From assembly GCA_047602405.1 (NCBI GenBank), contig JASGHJ010000001.1, forward strand, positions 928,001-992,000: a stretch of DNA of 64,000 nt, read 5' to 3'. This DNA is from Anaeromyxobacteraceae bacterium (GTDB taxonomy: Bacteria; Myxococcota; Myxococcia; Myxococcales; Anaeromyxobacteraceae). Shown here piece after piece: positions 32,684-42,076 of this stretch (its first letter is position 1; every line of letters starts with the position of its first letter). A program made the translations under genes and the position numbers. The notes below the pieces were generated by a model that saw only the letters and a program-made list of their open reading frames with translations, was not told where the DNA came from and ran no database searches.

Positions 32684-32920
32684 CTAACGGCGACTCCAAC
32701 GATCGCTGAGCCGGTCGCGGATGGCCGACCAGTCTTCCGGCGCCACCGCCCCCGCGCGTGCTTCCGTGGAACGCAGCTCGAGCTCGGCGACCCACGCATC
32801 TGCGGCGTCCGCGTCCGTCGCCTGGTCGAGGCTCGTGAGCAGTTCGTGCGCCAGGCGGGCGCGTTCACGCGGCGGAAGGGCCAGCGCACTGGAAAGGAGG
32901 TCGGAGGGCACCGAAGCCAT
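32684..32920 (-). CDS. Addiction-module antitoxin
   Basis: ALALPPRERARLAHELLTSL...AWVAELELR; directly upstream of the toxin. Confidence 0.85.
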   Translation of the reverse strand: MASVPSDLLSSALALPPRERARLAHELLTSLDQATDADAADAWVAELELRSTEARAGAVAPEDWSAIRDRLSDRWSRR

Positions 32921-32980
32921 ACCTGGGAGTATAGCGAGCCCCCGCGACACGTGCCCACGTGCCCCTGCTGGGCGTGAGGC

Positions 32981-33553
32981 TCACTGCCCGCCAGCCTCTC
33001 CAGCCCTGGCCTGGGCCGCGTCCATCACCCGCTGCAGGCGCTCGAGGAGTACCTGCACCGGTCCGGTGGCCTTCTCGTACACGGCCAGGCGCCTCTCCCG
33101 GGCCCCACGCCTCACGATGAGGAAGTAGCAGTCCCCATCCCAGGCCGGAAACGACGCGTCGCCACGCACCAAAGGCCCCTCCACCTCGAGCCCGGCGAGC
33201 AACGCCCTCGGGCGCGCATCCTCGGTCACCACGACGCGCACGCGCCCGGAGGCGTCGCCGACCTTTGCTCCGCCGTCGTCGACCACCGCGAACTCGTACT
33301 CGGGGAACCCGGAGTTGGTCACCTCGAAGAGGACCGCGTCCTTCCCTGCCGCGGCCCACGCCTCCATCGCTCGCGCTCGCTGCGGCTCCGTCGCCAGGCT
33401 CTCCTCACACGACGCGAGGAATTCACGCCCGTCGGAGTCGCCGGTCACCGCCGACGCAATCGCGTCGGCGTAGCGCGGTCGAACCGAGGCACAAGCGAGG
33501 CCAGCCAGAAATGTGGCAGCCACGCACGCGCCCCTGAGCCCGCGGCCGGTCAC
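32981..33553 (-). CDS. Hypothetical lipoprotein
   Basis: Lipobox-like FLAGLAC; less biased codon usage. Confidence 0.55.
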   Translation of the reverse strand: MTGRGLRGACVAATFLAGLACASVRPRYADAIASAVTGDSDGREFLASCEESLATEPQRARAMEAWAAAGKDAVLFEVTNSGFPEYEFAVVDDGGAKVGDASGRVRVVVTEDARPRALLAGLEVEGPLVRGDASFPAWDGDCYFLIVRRGARERRLAVYEKATGPVQVLLERLQRVMDAAQARAGEAGGQ

Positions 33554-33559
33554 CGGCCC

Positions 33560-34168
33560 TCACCTCAACTTCAGATGCCCGAGGAGCCGCGCGATCCGGT
33601 CCGGCTCCGGCATCACCAGGATCAGCCCCTCGAGCGCGCCCTGCGGGCCGGCCCAGGTGAACCGCGTCGCGAGCGCGACCGAGCCCTCGTGCGAGACGAG
33701 CCGCTCGACGCAAGCCTTGCCGCTGCCGCGGGAGAAGGTCGGGACCGAGAGGAGCAGCTTCTCGTTCACGAGCGTGCCGACGGCGGACACGAACGCGGAG
33801 CCGACGATGTTGCCCGACTCCATGAGCGCGCTCTCGCTCATGCCGCCCCAGTCGCCCGCGCCGTCCGGCGGGAAGCCGAGGATCTTCGCGAGCGTCTCGG
33901 CGTCCTTCTCCGGGAGCGCGAGCAACAGGTCGCCGGTCAGCGGCCCCTCGAGCTTCACGCCGACGGCGACGAGGTCCTGGCCGAGCGAGCCGAGGAACTC
34001 GGCGATGGCGCCGGGGCCGGTGCCGATCCAGGCCTCCGGCACGTCCATCTCGAGCTGCTTCTGCGTGAGCTTCCCGAGCGCGCTGATGGCGCGGCCGCAG
34101 CCGATGGAGGCGAGCTCCTGGAGCGCGTCCACCTCGCGGGCGCCGAAGGTGTCGCGGAGGTCCGCCAC
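33560..34168 (-). CDS. difG: CheC-family phosphatase (DifG-like)
   Basis: DALQELASIGCG and SALMESGNIVGS CheC repeats; last gene of the cluster. Confidence 0.8.
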   Translation of the reverse strand: MADLRDTFGAREVDALQELASIGCGRAISALGKLTQKQLEMDVPEAWIGTGPGAIAEFLGSLGQDLVAVGVKLEGPLTGDLLLALPEKDAETLAKILGFPPDGAGDWGGMSESALMESGNIVGSAFVSAVGTLVNEKLLLSVPTFSRGSGKACVERLVSHEGSVALATRFTWAGPQGALEGLILVMPEPDRIARLLGHLKLR

Positions 34169-34169
34169 G

Positions 34170-36215
34170 TCAGGCCGCTCCGAGGTGAGGCACGTCGAGG
34201 ATGAACACCGGCCGGCCGGAGCCGAGCACGGTGACCGCCGAGAGCCCGGGCACGAGGTCGAGCGGCTGCGAGAGCGGCTTCAGCACGGCCTCCTGCTGGC
34301 CGAGGAGCCCGTCCACCGCGAGGCCGATGCGCCCGTCGGCGCCCTCGGTGATCACCACCGCGCGCGCGTCCTTGCCGTCGCCGGGCAGGCCGAGGAGCCG
34401 GGTCAGGTCCTGCACCGGCACGAGCTCCCCCGCGTACGGGAACACCGGCTCGCCGCGGGTGCGGTCGAGCTTCGAGAGCTGCACCTCGACCGCGCCGTGC
34501 ACCTTCGCGATGGGGAGGCCCAGCACCTCCTCGCCCACCCGCACGAGCAGCACCGGCTGCACCGCCACCGTGAGCGGCAGGCGGAACGTCACCCGCGAGC
34601 CCGCGCCGCGCACGCTGTCGAGCTCGATCGTGCCGCCGATGGTCTCGATCGACTTCTTCACCGCGTCGAGCCCGACGCCGCGGCCCGAGACGTCGGTCAC
34701 GGTCTCGGCGGTCGAGACGCCCGGCAGGCACGCGAGCATGAGCGCCTCGCGGTCGCTCAGGTTGGCGGCCTGGTCCGGCGAGAGCGTGCCGCGCGCGACG
34801 GCGGCGGCGCGGAGCTTCCCGGGGTCCATGCCCTTCCCGTCGTCGTCGACCTCGATGATCACGCGGTCGCGGTCGCGGCGGGCGTGCACCTGGATCTTCC
34901 CGGTCGCGGACTTCCCGGAGAGGAGGCGCAGGTGCGGCGGCTCGACGCCGTGGTCGATGGCGTTCCGGAGCACGTGCAGGAGCGGGTCGGAGAGCTCCTC
35001 GAGGATGGCCCGGTCCATCTCGATCTCGGACCCCTTCACGTCGACGTCGACCTGCTTGCCGAGCTTGCGGGCCACGTCGCGCGCCGTGCGCGGCAGCCGC
35101 TCGGTGACGAGCGCGAGCGGGGTCATGCGGACGGCCATGACCTTGTCGTGCAGGTCCTTCACGATCGCGTGCAGCCGGTCGACGCTCTCCTCGAGCACCG
35201 GCTTCGCGTCCTCGGGGACGATCTTCCCGACCTCGCGGATGCGCGCGGTCGCGAGGATGAGCTCGCCGACCGTGTCGAGGAAGCCGTCGAGGATCTCGGT
35301 GCGGACGCGCACCGTGCGCGCGGCGTCGGCGTCCGGCTTCGCGGCGGGCCCGCCCGCGGCGGCGGCGGGCGCCGGGGCGGCCGGGGCCGGGGCGGGCGGC
35401 TCGGCGGCGGAGAGCGTGACCCCGGCGATGTCGGAGATCTGCGAGAGCGCGCGCTCGATCGTCTGCAGCGCCTCGGAGGTCTCGAGCTCGACCTCGAGCG
35501 CCTTCTGCGGGATGCGGCCCGCGCGGAGGTCGTCGGCGGTGGGGCTCGACGCGAGGACGGTGCCGAGCGACGAGAGCTTCTTGAGGACGAGGAAGGCGCG
35601 GACCGCGGGCACCGGCGAGTGCCCGGCGATCTGGACGACGGCGGTGACCTTGCGACGCGAGCCGCCCTCGGCGGCCCGGGCGGAGGTCGCGGGCGGGGCG
35701 GGCGGCGGTGGCGGCGCCGCCGGCGCGGGCGGCGCGGCGGCGCGCACCGGGTCGGGGTCGGCCTTCGGGGCGTCCCTCGTCTCCGGCCCGCTTCGCGGGC
35801 CTGCGCTCGGGATGGACGGGGCAGAGAGGTTCTTCAGCGCCTCGGTCAGCCGCCTCAGCAGGTCCTCGTCGGGGGCCGGGTTCTGGCCGGCCGCGGCGGC
35901 GCCGATCATCGCCTGGAGCGCGTCGCCGGAGGCGAGCAGGAGGTCGAACGCCCCGGTGTCGAGCCGGGAGGGCTCCTTCCGGAACACGTCCACGAGGTCC
36001 TCGACCCGGTGGGCGACCCGCGCGATGCCGTCGAGCTGCATGGAGCCGCTCATGCCCTTCACGCTGTGGGCATGGCGGAACAGCGAGTCGATCGCCTCGG
36101 TGGGGGACCCGCCCTCTCCGGCCAGCTTCTCGAGCCGGACGAGATCCCGCGAGAAGCCGGCGAGGTGCTCGCTCGACTCCGCGACGAACAGGGTCAGGTA
36201 CTTCGAGAGATCCAT
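34170..36215 (-). CDS. difE: CheA histidine kinase (DifE-like)
   Basis: HPt FRHAHSVKGMS, P2-like domain, HVLRNAIDHG, DDGKGMD, SGRGVGLD, C-terminal CheW domain; no receiver. Confidence 0.9.
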   Translation of the reverse strand: MDLSKYLTLFVAESSEHLAGFSRDLVRLEKLAGEGGSPTEAIDSLFRHAHSVKGMSGSMQLDGIARVAHRVEDLVDVFRKEPSRLDTGAFDLLLASGDALQAMIGAAAAGQNPAPDEDLLRRLTEALKNLSAPSIPSAGPRSGPETRDAPKADPDPVRAAAPPAPAAPPPPPAPPATSARAAEGGSRRKVTAVVQIAGHSPVPAVRAFLVLKKLSSLGTVLASSPTADDLRAGRIPQKALEVELETSEALQTIERALSQISDIAGVTLSAAEPPAPAPAAPAPAAAAGGPAAKPDADAARTVRVRTEILDGFLDTVGELILATARIREVGKIVPEDAKPVLEESVDRLHAIVKDLHDKVMAVRMTPLALVTERLPRTARDVARKLGKQVDVDVKGSEIEMDRAILEELSDPLLHVLRNAIDHGVEPPHLRLLSGKSATGKIQVHARRDRDRVIIEVDDDGKGMDPGKLRAAAVARGTLSPDQAANLSDREALMLACLPGVSTAETVTDVSGRGVGLDAVKKSIETIGGTIELDSVRGAGSRVTFRLPLTVAVQPVLLVRVGEEVLGLPIAKVHGAVEVQLSKLDRTRGEPVFPYAGELVPVQDLTRLLGLPGDGKDARAVVITEGADGRIGLAVDGLLGQQEAVLKPLSQPLDLVPGLSAVTVLGSGRPVFILDVPHLGAA
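35772..35821 (+). repeat. Palindromic REP-like element, copy E, in-frame in the cheA P1-P2 linker
   Basis: GTCCC-TCGTCTCC-GGCCCGC-TTC-GCGGGCC-TGCGCTC-GGGAT-GGACGGGG; read as PSIPSAGPRSGPETRD. Confidence 0.85.
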
Positions 36216-36275
36216 GGCCTCGACCGCCTACCGCGGGCCCTGCCTCTGAGAAGGCGAGCCCGCGCGAACACGGCC

Positions 36276-36644
36276 TCAGGCGTCGCCCAGCACCTTCTTC
36301 ACGACCGACAGCACGTCCTCGGACTTGAACGGCTTCACGATGAAGTCGCTCGCGCCGGCCTCGATGGCCTCCATGACGAGCGACTCCTGGCCGAGGGCGC
36401 TGCACATCACGATGACGGCCTTGGCGTCCGACTTGATGATCTCGCGGGTCGCCTCGATGCCGCTCTTGAACGGCATCACGATGTCCATCGTGGTGAGGTC
36501 GGGCTTGAGCTCCTTGAACTTCTCGACCGCCTCGAGGCCGTTCGCCGCCTCGCCGACGACCTCGAAGCCGGACCCGGAGAAGATGTCCTTGATCATGTTG
36601 CGCATGAAGATCGCGTCGTCGACGATCAGGACTCGCTTCGCCAT
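36276..36644 (-). CDS. difD: CheY-like response regulator (DifD-like)
   Basis: LIVDDAIFMR, TTMDIVMP, CSALGQ, FIVKPF. Confidence 0.9.
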   Translation of the reverse strand: MAKRVLIVDDAIFMRNMIKDIFSGSGFEVVGEAANGLEAVEKFKELKPDLTTMDIVMPFKSGIEATREIIKSDAKAVIVMCSALGQESLVMEAIEAGASDFIVKPFKSEDVLSVVKKVLGDA

Positions 36645-36751
36645 GGTTCCGATATCCCTCCGAAAGGCGCCCCGAAGCTACCACCGCTTTCACGACCCGG
36701 ACAACCCGCCTGCGCACCAGATGTGTGCGGGGCGGGCGCACCGGGGCCAAA

Positions 36752-37171
36752 TCACCCCGACCCGAAAAGGCGCGTCGCCTCTTCCACCACCGGTCCGGCG
36801 GCGAGCAGGGTGACCGCACCGGTCCGGGACGGCGCCACGCCCACCACGAGCCCGTGTGCCGGACCGTCCACGTCCGCTGCGAGCGCCTCGACCCCCACCA
36901 CCCCGCCGATGAGGAGCCCGAGCGCGCGCTTGCCGTGGTCGAGGATGAGCACCTGCGAGGTGCCGGCCACGAGCTTCTGCTCGGGCAGCCCGACGAGCCG
37001 GGCGAGATCCACGACCGCGACGACGCGCCCCCTGAGGTTCATCGCCCCGCGCACCGCGTCCGGGCAGCGCGGCACGCGCGCGAACGGCGGCTGCGGCAGC
37101 ACGACCTCGCGCACCGCCTCGAGGGGCAGCGCGTAGCGTTCGGCGCCGACGCGGAAGACGACGTGCCTCAG
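36752..37171 (-). CDS. difC: CheW coupling protein (DifC-like); probable CTG start
   Basis: (M)RHVVFRVGAERYALPLEAVREVV...RVP...GAMNLRGRVVAVVDL; SD AGGAG before CTG 37171. Confidence 0.85.
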   Translation of the reverse strand: MRHVVFRVGAERYALPLEAVREVVLPQPPFARVPRCPDAVRGAMNLRGRVVAVVDLARLVGLPEQKLVAGTSQVLILDHGKRALGLLIGGVVGVEALAADVDGPAHGLVVGVAPSRTGAVTLLAAGPVVEEATRLFGSG

Positions 37172-37180
37172 GGGCGGCTC

Positions 37181-38575
37181 CTACAGCTTGAACCGGCTCA
37201 CCACCGTCTGGAGCTCGAGGGACAGGTTCGTGAGCTCCTGCGCCGCGCTCGCCATGCCGGCGACGGCGGCGGTCTGCTCGCTGATGACCTTGCGGACGCT
37301 CTCGGTGGAGCTCGCGTTCGAGGAGGCCACGTCGGAGATGTGGTCCATCGCCTGGACCATGTCGGCCGAGCCCTGCAGCTGATCGCGGGCGGCCTGCGAG
37401 ATCACGCCCACCTTCTCGGCGCCCGCGGCGGCGATCTTCGCGATGTCGCCGAGGGTGCGGATGATGGCGTTGAGGTCCTCGCGCCCGTCGCCGAGCTCGG
37501 AGACCGACTCCTTCATGGTCTCGACCACCTTCGCGGCGCGGCCGGAGATGTCCGCGGCGAGCGACGAGATCTGCTCGGCGGAGCGGCCGGCGGACTCGGC
37601 GAGCTTGCGGACCTCCTCGGCGACCACCGCGAAGCCGCGGCCGTACTCGCCCGCGCGGGCGGCCTCGATGGTGGCGTTGAGCGCGAGGAGGTTCGTCTGG
37701 TTCGCCACCTGGGTGATGGCCTCGACGATCTTCGAGATCTCCTTCGTGCGCTCGCCGAAGGCGAACACCTGCTCGCTCGCCGCCTCGATGCGCGCGAACA
37801 CCTTCTTCACCTTCTCGCCGGCGAGCCGGGCGGCCTCGCCGCCGGAGGTCGCGGCGGAGGACGTCTCGGCGGAGGTGCGGGCGGCCTCCTCGGCGGAGGA
37901 CGCGGTCCGCTCGATGGAGGAGGCGATGTCGCCGATGACCTTGGAGGTGCGCTCGACGAGGTCGGACTGCTGCCCGGCGCCCGCCGAGATCTTCTCCATC
38001 GAGACCGCCACCTCGTCGGTGGAGGCGTTCACCTCCTCGGCGGAGGTCTGCAGCTCGTTCGCGGAGTCGGCGACCGACTGCGCGGTGCGCTGGATGCGGG
38101 AGACGAGGTCGCGCAGGTTCTCCTGCATCGTCCGGATCGCCTCGGTGAGGTCGTCGAGCTCGTCGTGGAAGGCCTTCTGCTCCTCCGACACGACCGCGCG
38201 GGAGAGATCGCCGCGGGAGACCTCGACCGCGCTCTCCTTGAGGCGCCCGACGCGCGAGGTGCGGGCGATCGCGATGGTGAGCCCCTGGCCCATGGCGACG
38301 GTGAGGAGCAGCACGAGGAGCCCGCCGAGCACCGGGTTCTGCGACTTCTCGAGGATGTACGGCACCGCGAAGAGCAGCACCGCGCCCACGATGACGTAGC
38401 CGGTCAGGATCTTCGTCTGGAGCTTGAAGGTGAAGCCGGGCGGGCTCGCGGGCGGGCGCGACGCGGGCTGCTCGCCCCCGGAGCGGCCGCGCAGCGCCAC
38501 GAGGTGCGGGGCGTCCTGCCAGCGCGCGCTGGGGCGGGTGGACTGAAGTCGCTCGTCTCTGCTCGGTCGCGCCAC
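37181..38575 (-). CDS. difA: MCP lacking a periplasmic domain (DifA-like)
   Basis: Two TMs with a very short loop, [38 protein letters not shown]. Confidence 0.88.
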   Translation of the reverse strand: MARPSRDERLQSTRPSARWQDAPHLVALRGRSGGEQPASRPPASPPGFTFKLQTKILTGYVIVGAVLLFAVPYILEKSQNPVLGGLLVLLLTVAMGQGLTIAIARTSRVGRLKESAVEVSRGDLSRAVVSEEQKAFHDELDDLTEAIRTMQENLRDLVSRIQRTAQSVADSANELQTSAEEVNASTDEVAVSMEKISAGAGQQSDLVERTSKVIGDIASSIERTASSAEEAARTSAETSSAATSGGEAARLAGEKVKKVFARIEAASEQVFAFGERTKEISKIVEAITQVANQTNLLALNATIEAARAGEYGRGFAVVAEEVRKLAESAGRSAEQISSLAADISGRAAKVVETMKESVSELGDGREDLNAIIRTLGDIAKIAAAGAEKVGVISQAARDQLQGSADMVQAMDHISDVASSNASSTESVRKVISEQTAAVAGMASAAQELTNLSLELQTVVSRFKL

Positions 38576-38622
38576 GGTTCCTCTGGGTCAGCATTGCCCC
38601 GGCGGAACGCAGGGCCGCGCCG

Positions 38623-38650
38623 ATCCTAGACCCCCGGGGCCTGTTGTCAA
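38623..38650 (-). promoter_or_regulatory. Candidate sigma70 promoter of the dif cluster
   Basis: TTGACA-N16-TAGGAT on minus strand. Confidence 0.6.
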
Positions 38651-38761
38651 AACGGGGTCATGTGGGCGGAGCACCCCTGCCACGGTGCCTGCACGCCCGC
38701 CCGCTCCCCTTGCCCTGCGCGTCGGGCGTCCCCACCCGTTGAGGCCAGCGAGGAGGACGCC

Positions 38762-38938
38762 ATGGCGTTCAAGGATCTCGGGAAGGGCAACCGGCCGAAG
38801 GAGACGCCCGAGCAGGCGGAGGCGCGCGCGCGGGCCACCGCCGAGCGCAGGGCGAAGGACGACGCGAGGTCGTCGCGGAAGGCCAGCGACGACGCGGACC
38901 ACGGCCGCAGCGCGCCGCGCACGGACGAGGAGAAGTAG
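38762..38938 (+). CDS. Small charged hypothetical protein (58 aa)
   Basis: SD AGGAGG, ATG, GC3-biased codons; MAFKDLGKGNRPKETPEQAE... Confidence 0.7.
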   Translation: MAFKDLGKGNRPKETPEQAEARARATAERRAKDDARSSRKASDDADHGRSAPRTDEEK

Positions 38939-38950
38939 GCGCCGGCCCGC

Positions 38951-39913
38951 TCACGCCAGGTGATCGTGCCCGCCGGGCACGGACACCTCGAGCCCGTCCG
39001 CGTCCCGGACGGTGACCGCCGCCCGTCCGGCACCGCCGCGGACGAACCGGCCGATCACGGCGAGCGGCACGCCCGCGCGCACGGCCGCGGCGCGGGCCCG
39101 TGGCAGCCGCGCGGGCGGGATCGCGAGCACGAGCTCGTAGTCCTCGCCGCCGGCGAGCGCGGCGGCCCAGGGATCCACGGCGCCGCGGACCGCCCGGCGG
39201 TAGGCGGCCGAGCGGGGGATCGCCTCGAGGTCGAGGGCGGCCCGGACGCCGGAGGCGCGGCACACGTGGCCGAGGTCGCGCACGAGGCCGTCCGAGACGT
39301 CGATGCCGGCGTGCGCGAGCGGCGCGAGGGCGCGGCCCGCGGCGAGGCGCGGGGAGGGCCTGCGCTGGCGACGGGCGAGCGCGGGGGCGGCGCGCGGCGC
39401 GAGGCCCAGCGCGGCGTCGCCGAGCGTGCCGGTCACGCAGACGAGATCGCCGGGGCGCGCGCCCGCGCGGAGCAGGGCCTTGCCGCGCGGCACCGCGCCG
39501 ACCACGGTCACGCCGAGCGAGAGCGCCCGCGCGCGGGAGACGTTGCCGCCGACGACCGCGATCCCGTGGGCGCGGGCGCAGGCGCCGAGGCCCCGCGCGA
39601 TCCCGGGGGCGCGCGCGGCGTCGCGCGCCGGGAGCGCGAGCGCGACGAGCGCCCAGAGCGGCCGCGCGCCCATGGCCGCGAGGTCCGAGAGGTTGACCGC
39701 GAGCGCCTTCCAGCCGACGTCGAACGGGGTGAAGCGCCGGTCGAAGTGGACGCCCGCGACCACCTCGTCGACGGTGGCGACGAGCTCCTCGCCGCGCGGG
39801 GGCACGAGCACCGCCGCGTCGTCACCCACGGAGACGCGCACGCCCTCCCCGTGGAGCGGGAGGCGGGAGGTGAAGGCGGAGATGAGGGCGAGCTCGCCCC
39901 GCTTCCGCGCCAT
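38951..39913 (-). CDS. thiL: Thiamine-monophosphate kinase
   Basis: GELALI, VGDDAA, VNLSDLAAMGA, IDVSDGL, GGEDYEL. Confidence 0.95.
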   Translation of the reverse strand: MARKRGELALISAFTSRLPLHGEGVRVSVGDDAAVLVPPRGEELVATVDEVVAGVHFDRRFTPFDVGWKALAVNLSDLAAMGARPLWALVALALPARDAARAPGIARGLGACARAHGIAVVGGNVSRARALSLGVTVVGAVPRGKALLRAGARPGDLVCVTGTLGDAALGLAPRAAPALARRQRRPSPRLAAGRALAPLAHAGIDVSDGLVRDLGHVCRASGVRAALDLEAIPRSAAYRRAVRGAVDPWAAALAGGEDYELVLAIPPARLPRARAAAVRAGVPLAVIGRFVRGGAGRAAVTVRDADGLEVSVPGGHDHLA

Positions 39914-39920
39914 CGGGACC

Positions 39921-41306
39921 CTACCGCCTCGCCCCCGGCCCCGGGATCGGGGTCATGGTGGGGGCGAGCACGCCGCGGATCGGAAGGTGGAGCGAGAACG
40001 TGGACCCCCGCCCCGGCTCGGAGCGGACCTTCACGTCGCCGCCGTGCGCCTCGGCGAAGCTCTTCACGATCGCGAGGCCGAGGCCGGCGCCGCCGTACTC
40101 GCGGGTCGAGCTGCCGTCCACCTGGTAGAAGACGTCGAACACGCGGGAGATGTGCTCCTCCGCGATGCCGATGCCGGTGTCGGTCACGTGGATGGCGAGC
40201 GTCTCCGGCGGGAGCAGCTGCGCGGTCACGGTGATGGCCCCGCCCGGCGGCGTGAACTTCACCGCGTTCGAGGCGAGGTTCACGAGGCTCTGGCGGATCT
40301 TGTCGCGGTCGGCCTGGATGCGCGGCAGTTCGCCGGGCTCGCAGGCGACCTTGAGCCCCTTCTTGCGGGCGAGCGGCAGGATGGTCGCGACGGCGTCGCG
40401 CATCAGCTGGCCGGGATCGACCTCGCTGAGCACGAGCCGCACGCGGCCGGCCTCGATCTTCGAGATGTCGAGGATCGAGGTGATGAGCTGGAGGAGGTTC
40501 TCGCCCTTCTCCATGATGATGCCGAGGTACTCGCGCTGCTCGGCGGTGAGTGGCCCGCCGAGGCCCTCGAGCATCATCTCGGAGTAGCCGATGACGCTCG
40601 TGAGCGGCGTGCGGAGCTCGTGGCTCATGGTGGCGAGGAAGTTCGACTTGAGGCGGTCGAGCTCCTTCAGCTTCGCGTAGCTGTCCTCGAGGGCCCGGTT
40701 CTTGTCCTGCAGTTCCTTGTAGGAGAGCGAGATCGCCTCGATGTGCAGCTTCGCGGCGATGAGGTTCTTGTGGCCCGTGAACACCATCACGTCCACGAGA
40801 TCCATGAAGTGCTTCAGGATCTTCTCGGCGGTGCCCATCGGCACGCGCCGGATCTTCTGGACGTACTGGTCGGCGAGGCGGGCGTCGAAGTCCGCCGAGA
40901 TGCCGGTGAGGCTCGCGGGCAGGTTGACGAGGTCCTCGGGCACGAACGGGCCGAAGACCACCCGGCCCATCGCGTCGCCCTCGTACAGGATCGGCTGGGC
41001 GAGGTAGCGGCAGCCGGAGAAGCACTGGAACGGGACCGCCGCCGGGTCCTCGGGGATCGCCTCGGACTTCACCTTGCCGACCGTGGCGATGCACTGCTCG
41101 CGGCCCGCGGGCTTCGTCCAGATGTAGCCGCAGAAGTCGGCGTTGCCGACCTTCACGTCCACGATCTTGTTGCCCGCCTCGTCGAACACCTTGAGGCCGA
41201 CGCGGTAGAGCTCCGCGAACGACTGGCACACGTCGGCGAACGCGCGCAGGTCGAGGAGGTCCTGGAGCGGGAGGCGCTGCTGCAGGAAGGACGGGGAGAG
41301 GCTCAT
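39921..41306 (-). CDS. PocR-sensor-domain histidine kinase
   Basis: PocR-type Cys pattern (DFC, EQC, FQCFSG), MSHELRTPL, NLASNAVKFT, DTGIG, GAGLGL; ATGA overlap with upstream GTPase. Confidence 0.88.
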   Translation of the reverse strand: MSLSPSFLQQRLPLQDLLDLRAFADVCQSFAELYRVGLKVFDEAGNKIVDVKVGNADFCGYIWTKPAGREQCIATVGKVKSEAIPEDPAAVPFQCFSGCRYLAQPILYEGDAMGRVVFGPFVPEDLVNLPASLTGISADFDARLADQYVQKIRRVPMGTAEKILKHFMDLVDVMVFTGHKNLIAAKLHIEAISLSYKELQDKNRALEDSYAKLKELDRLKSNFLATMSHELRTPLTSVIGYSEMMLEGLGGPLTAEQREYLGIIMEKGENLLQLITSILDISKIEAGRVRLVLSEVDPGQLMRDAVATILPLARKKGLKVACEPGELPRIQADRDKIRQSLVNLASNAVKFTPPGGAITVTAQLLPPETLAIHVTDTGIGIAEEHISRVFDVFYQVDGSSTREYGGAGLGLAIVKSFAEAHGGDVKVRSEPGRGSTFSLHLPIRGVLAPTMTPIPGPGARR

Positions 41307-41992
41307 CGCGGCTGAGCCTCCCGCGGGCTGAACCCGCGCATGTCGACGTGGGCGAAGATCTTGTCGAGGAACTCGCGCTCGGAGATCTGCCACTTCTGCT
41401 CGAGGCCGAACTGCTTGTCGATCGAGCGGTAGCAGCGCTGCACGAGCGTGTAGAGCGTCTCGACCACGCCCTCGCCGCGGATCGCGACCGCGCCGACGAC
41501 CGGCGGCTTCACGAGCTCGGTGAGGTCCTGGAGCTCGTGGTCGCCGCGGGCGTCCTCGAGGTCGCGCTTGTTCATCTGGATGACGATCGGGAGCGTGCGC
41601 GGATCGAGCCCGTTCGCCTCCAGGTTCTTCAGCATGTTGTTCCAGTACGCGAGCGTCGCCGCGGCCTCGCTGCGCCGCGAGTCGGCGACGAACGCCACCG
41701 CGTCCGAGCCCTGCAGCACGATGCGCCGGGTCGACTCGTGCATGACCTGGCCCGGCACCGTGTAGAGCTTCAGCTTCACCTTCACGCCGGCCCGGGTCTT
41801 GAAGAAGACCGGCATCATGTCGAAGAAGAGGGTGCGATCGTCCTTCGTGTCGAGCGTCATGAGGCGCCCGCGCACCTTTCCGTCGATGCGCTGGTAGAGC
41901 GCCTGCATGTTGGTCGTCTTCCCGCTGAGCGCGGGGCCGTAGTAGACGACCTTGATGGCGATTTCGCGGGTGACCGCGTTGAACTGGACCAT
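41303..41992 (-). CDS. MglA-family small GTPase without MglB (SofG-like)
   Basis: KVVYYGPALSGKTTN, DRTLFFD, YTVPGQ, FVADS, NKRDL. Confidence 0.88.
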   Translation of the reverse strand: MVQFNAVTREIAIKVVYYGPALSGKTTNMQALYQRIDGKVRGRLMTLDTKDDRTLFFDMMPVFFKTRAGVKVKLKLYTVPGQVMHESTRRIVLQGSDAVAFVADSRRSEAAATLAYWNNMLKNLEANGLDPRTLPIVIQMNKRDLEDARGDHELQDLTELVKPPVVGAVAIRGEGVVETLYTLVQRCYRSIDKQFGLEQKWQISEREFLDKIFAHVDMRGFSPREAQPR

Positions 41993-42076
41993 GCTGTCGG
42001 GGAGGCATCGTACCCCAACCCCCCCGAGATCCAGAGCGGATCACCGCGCGGCGCGGGCTCACATTCCCCGACCCCC

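Noticed and set aside
38470..38515. Degenerate repeat copy in the difA N-terminal tail
   Set aside because: Only loose similarity (CCTCG...GCTCCGGG.GCGAGC) and no clean inner stem.
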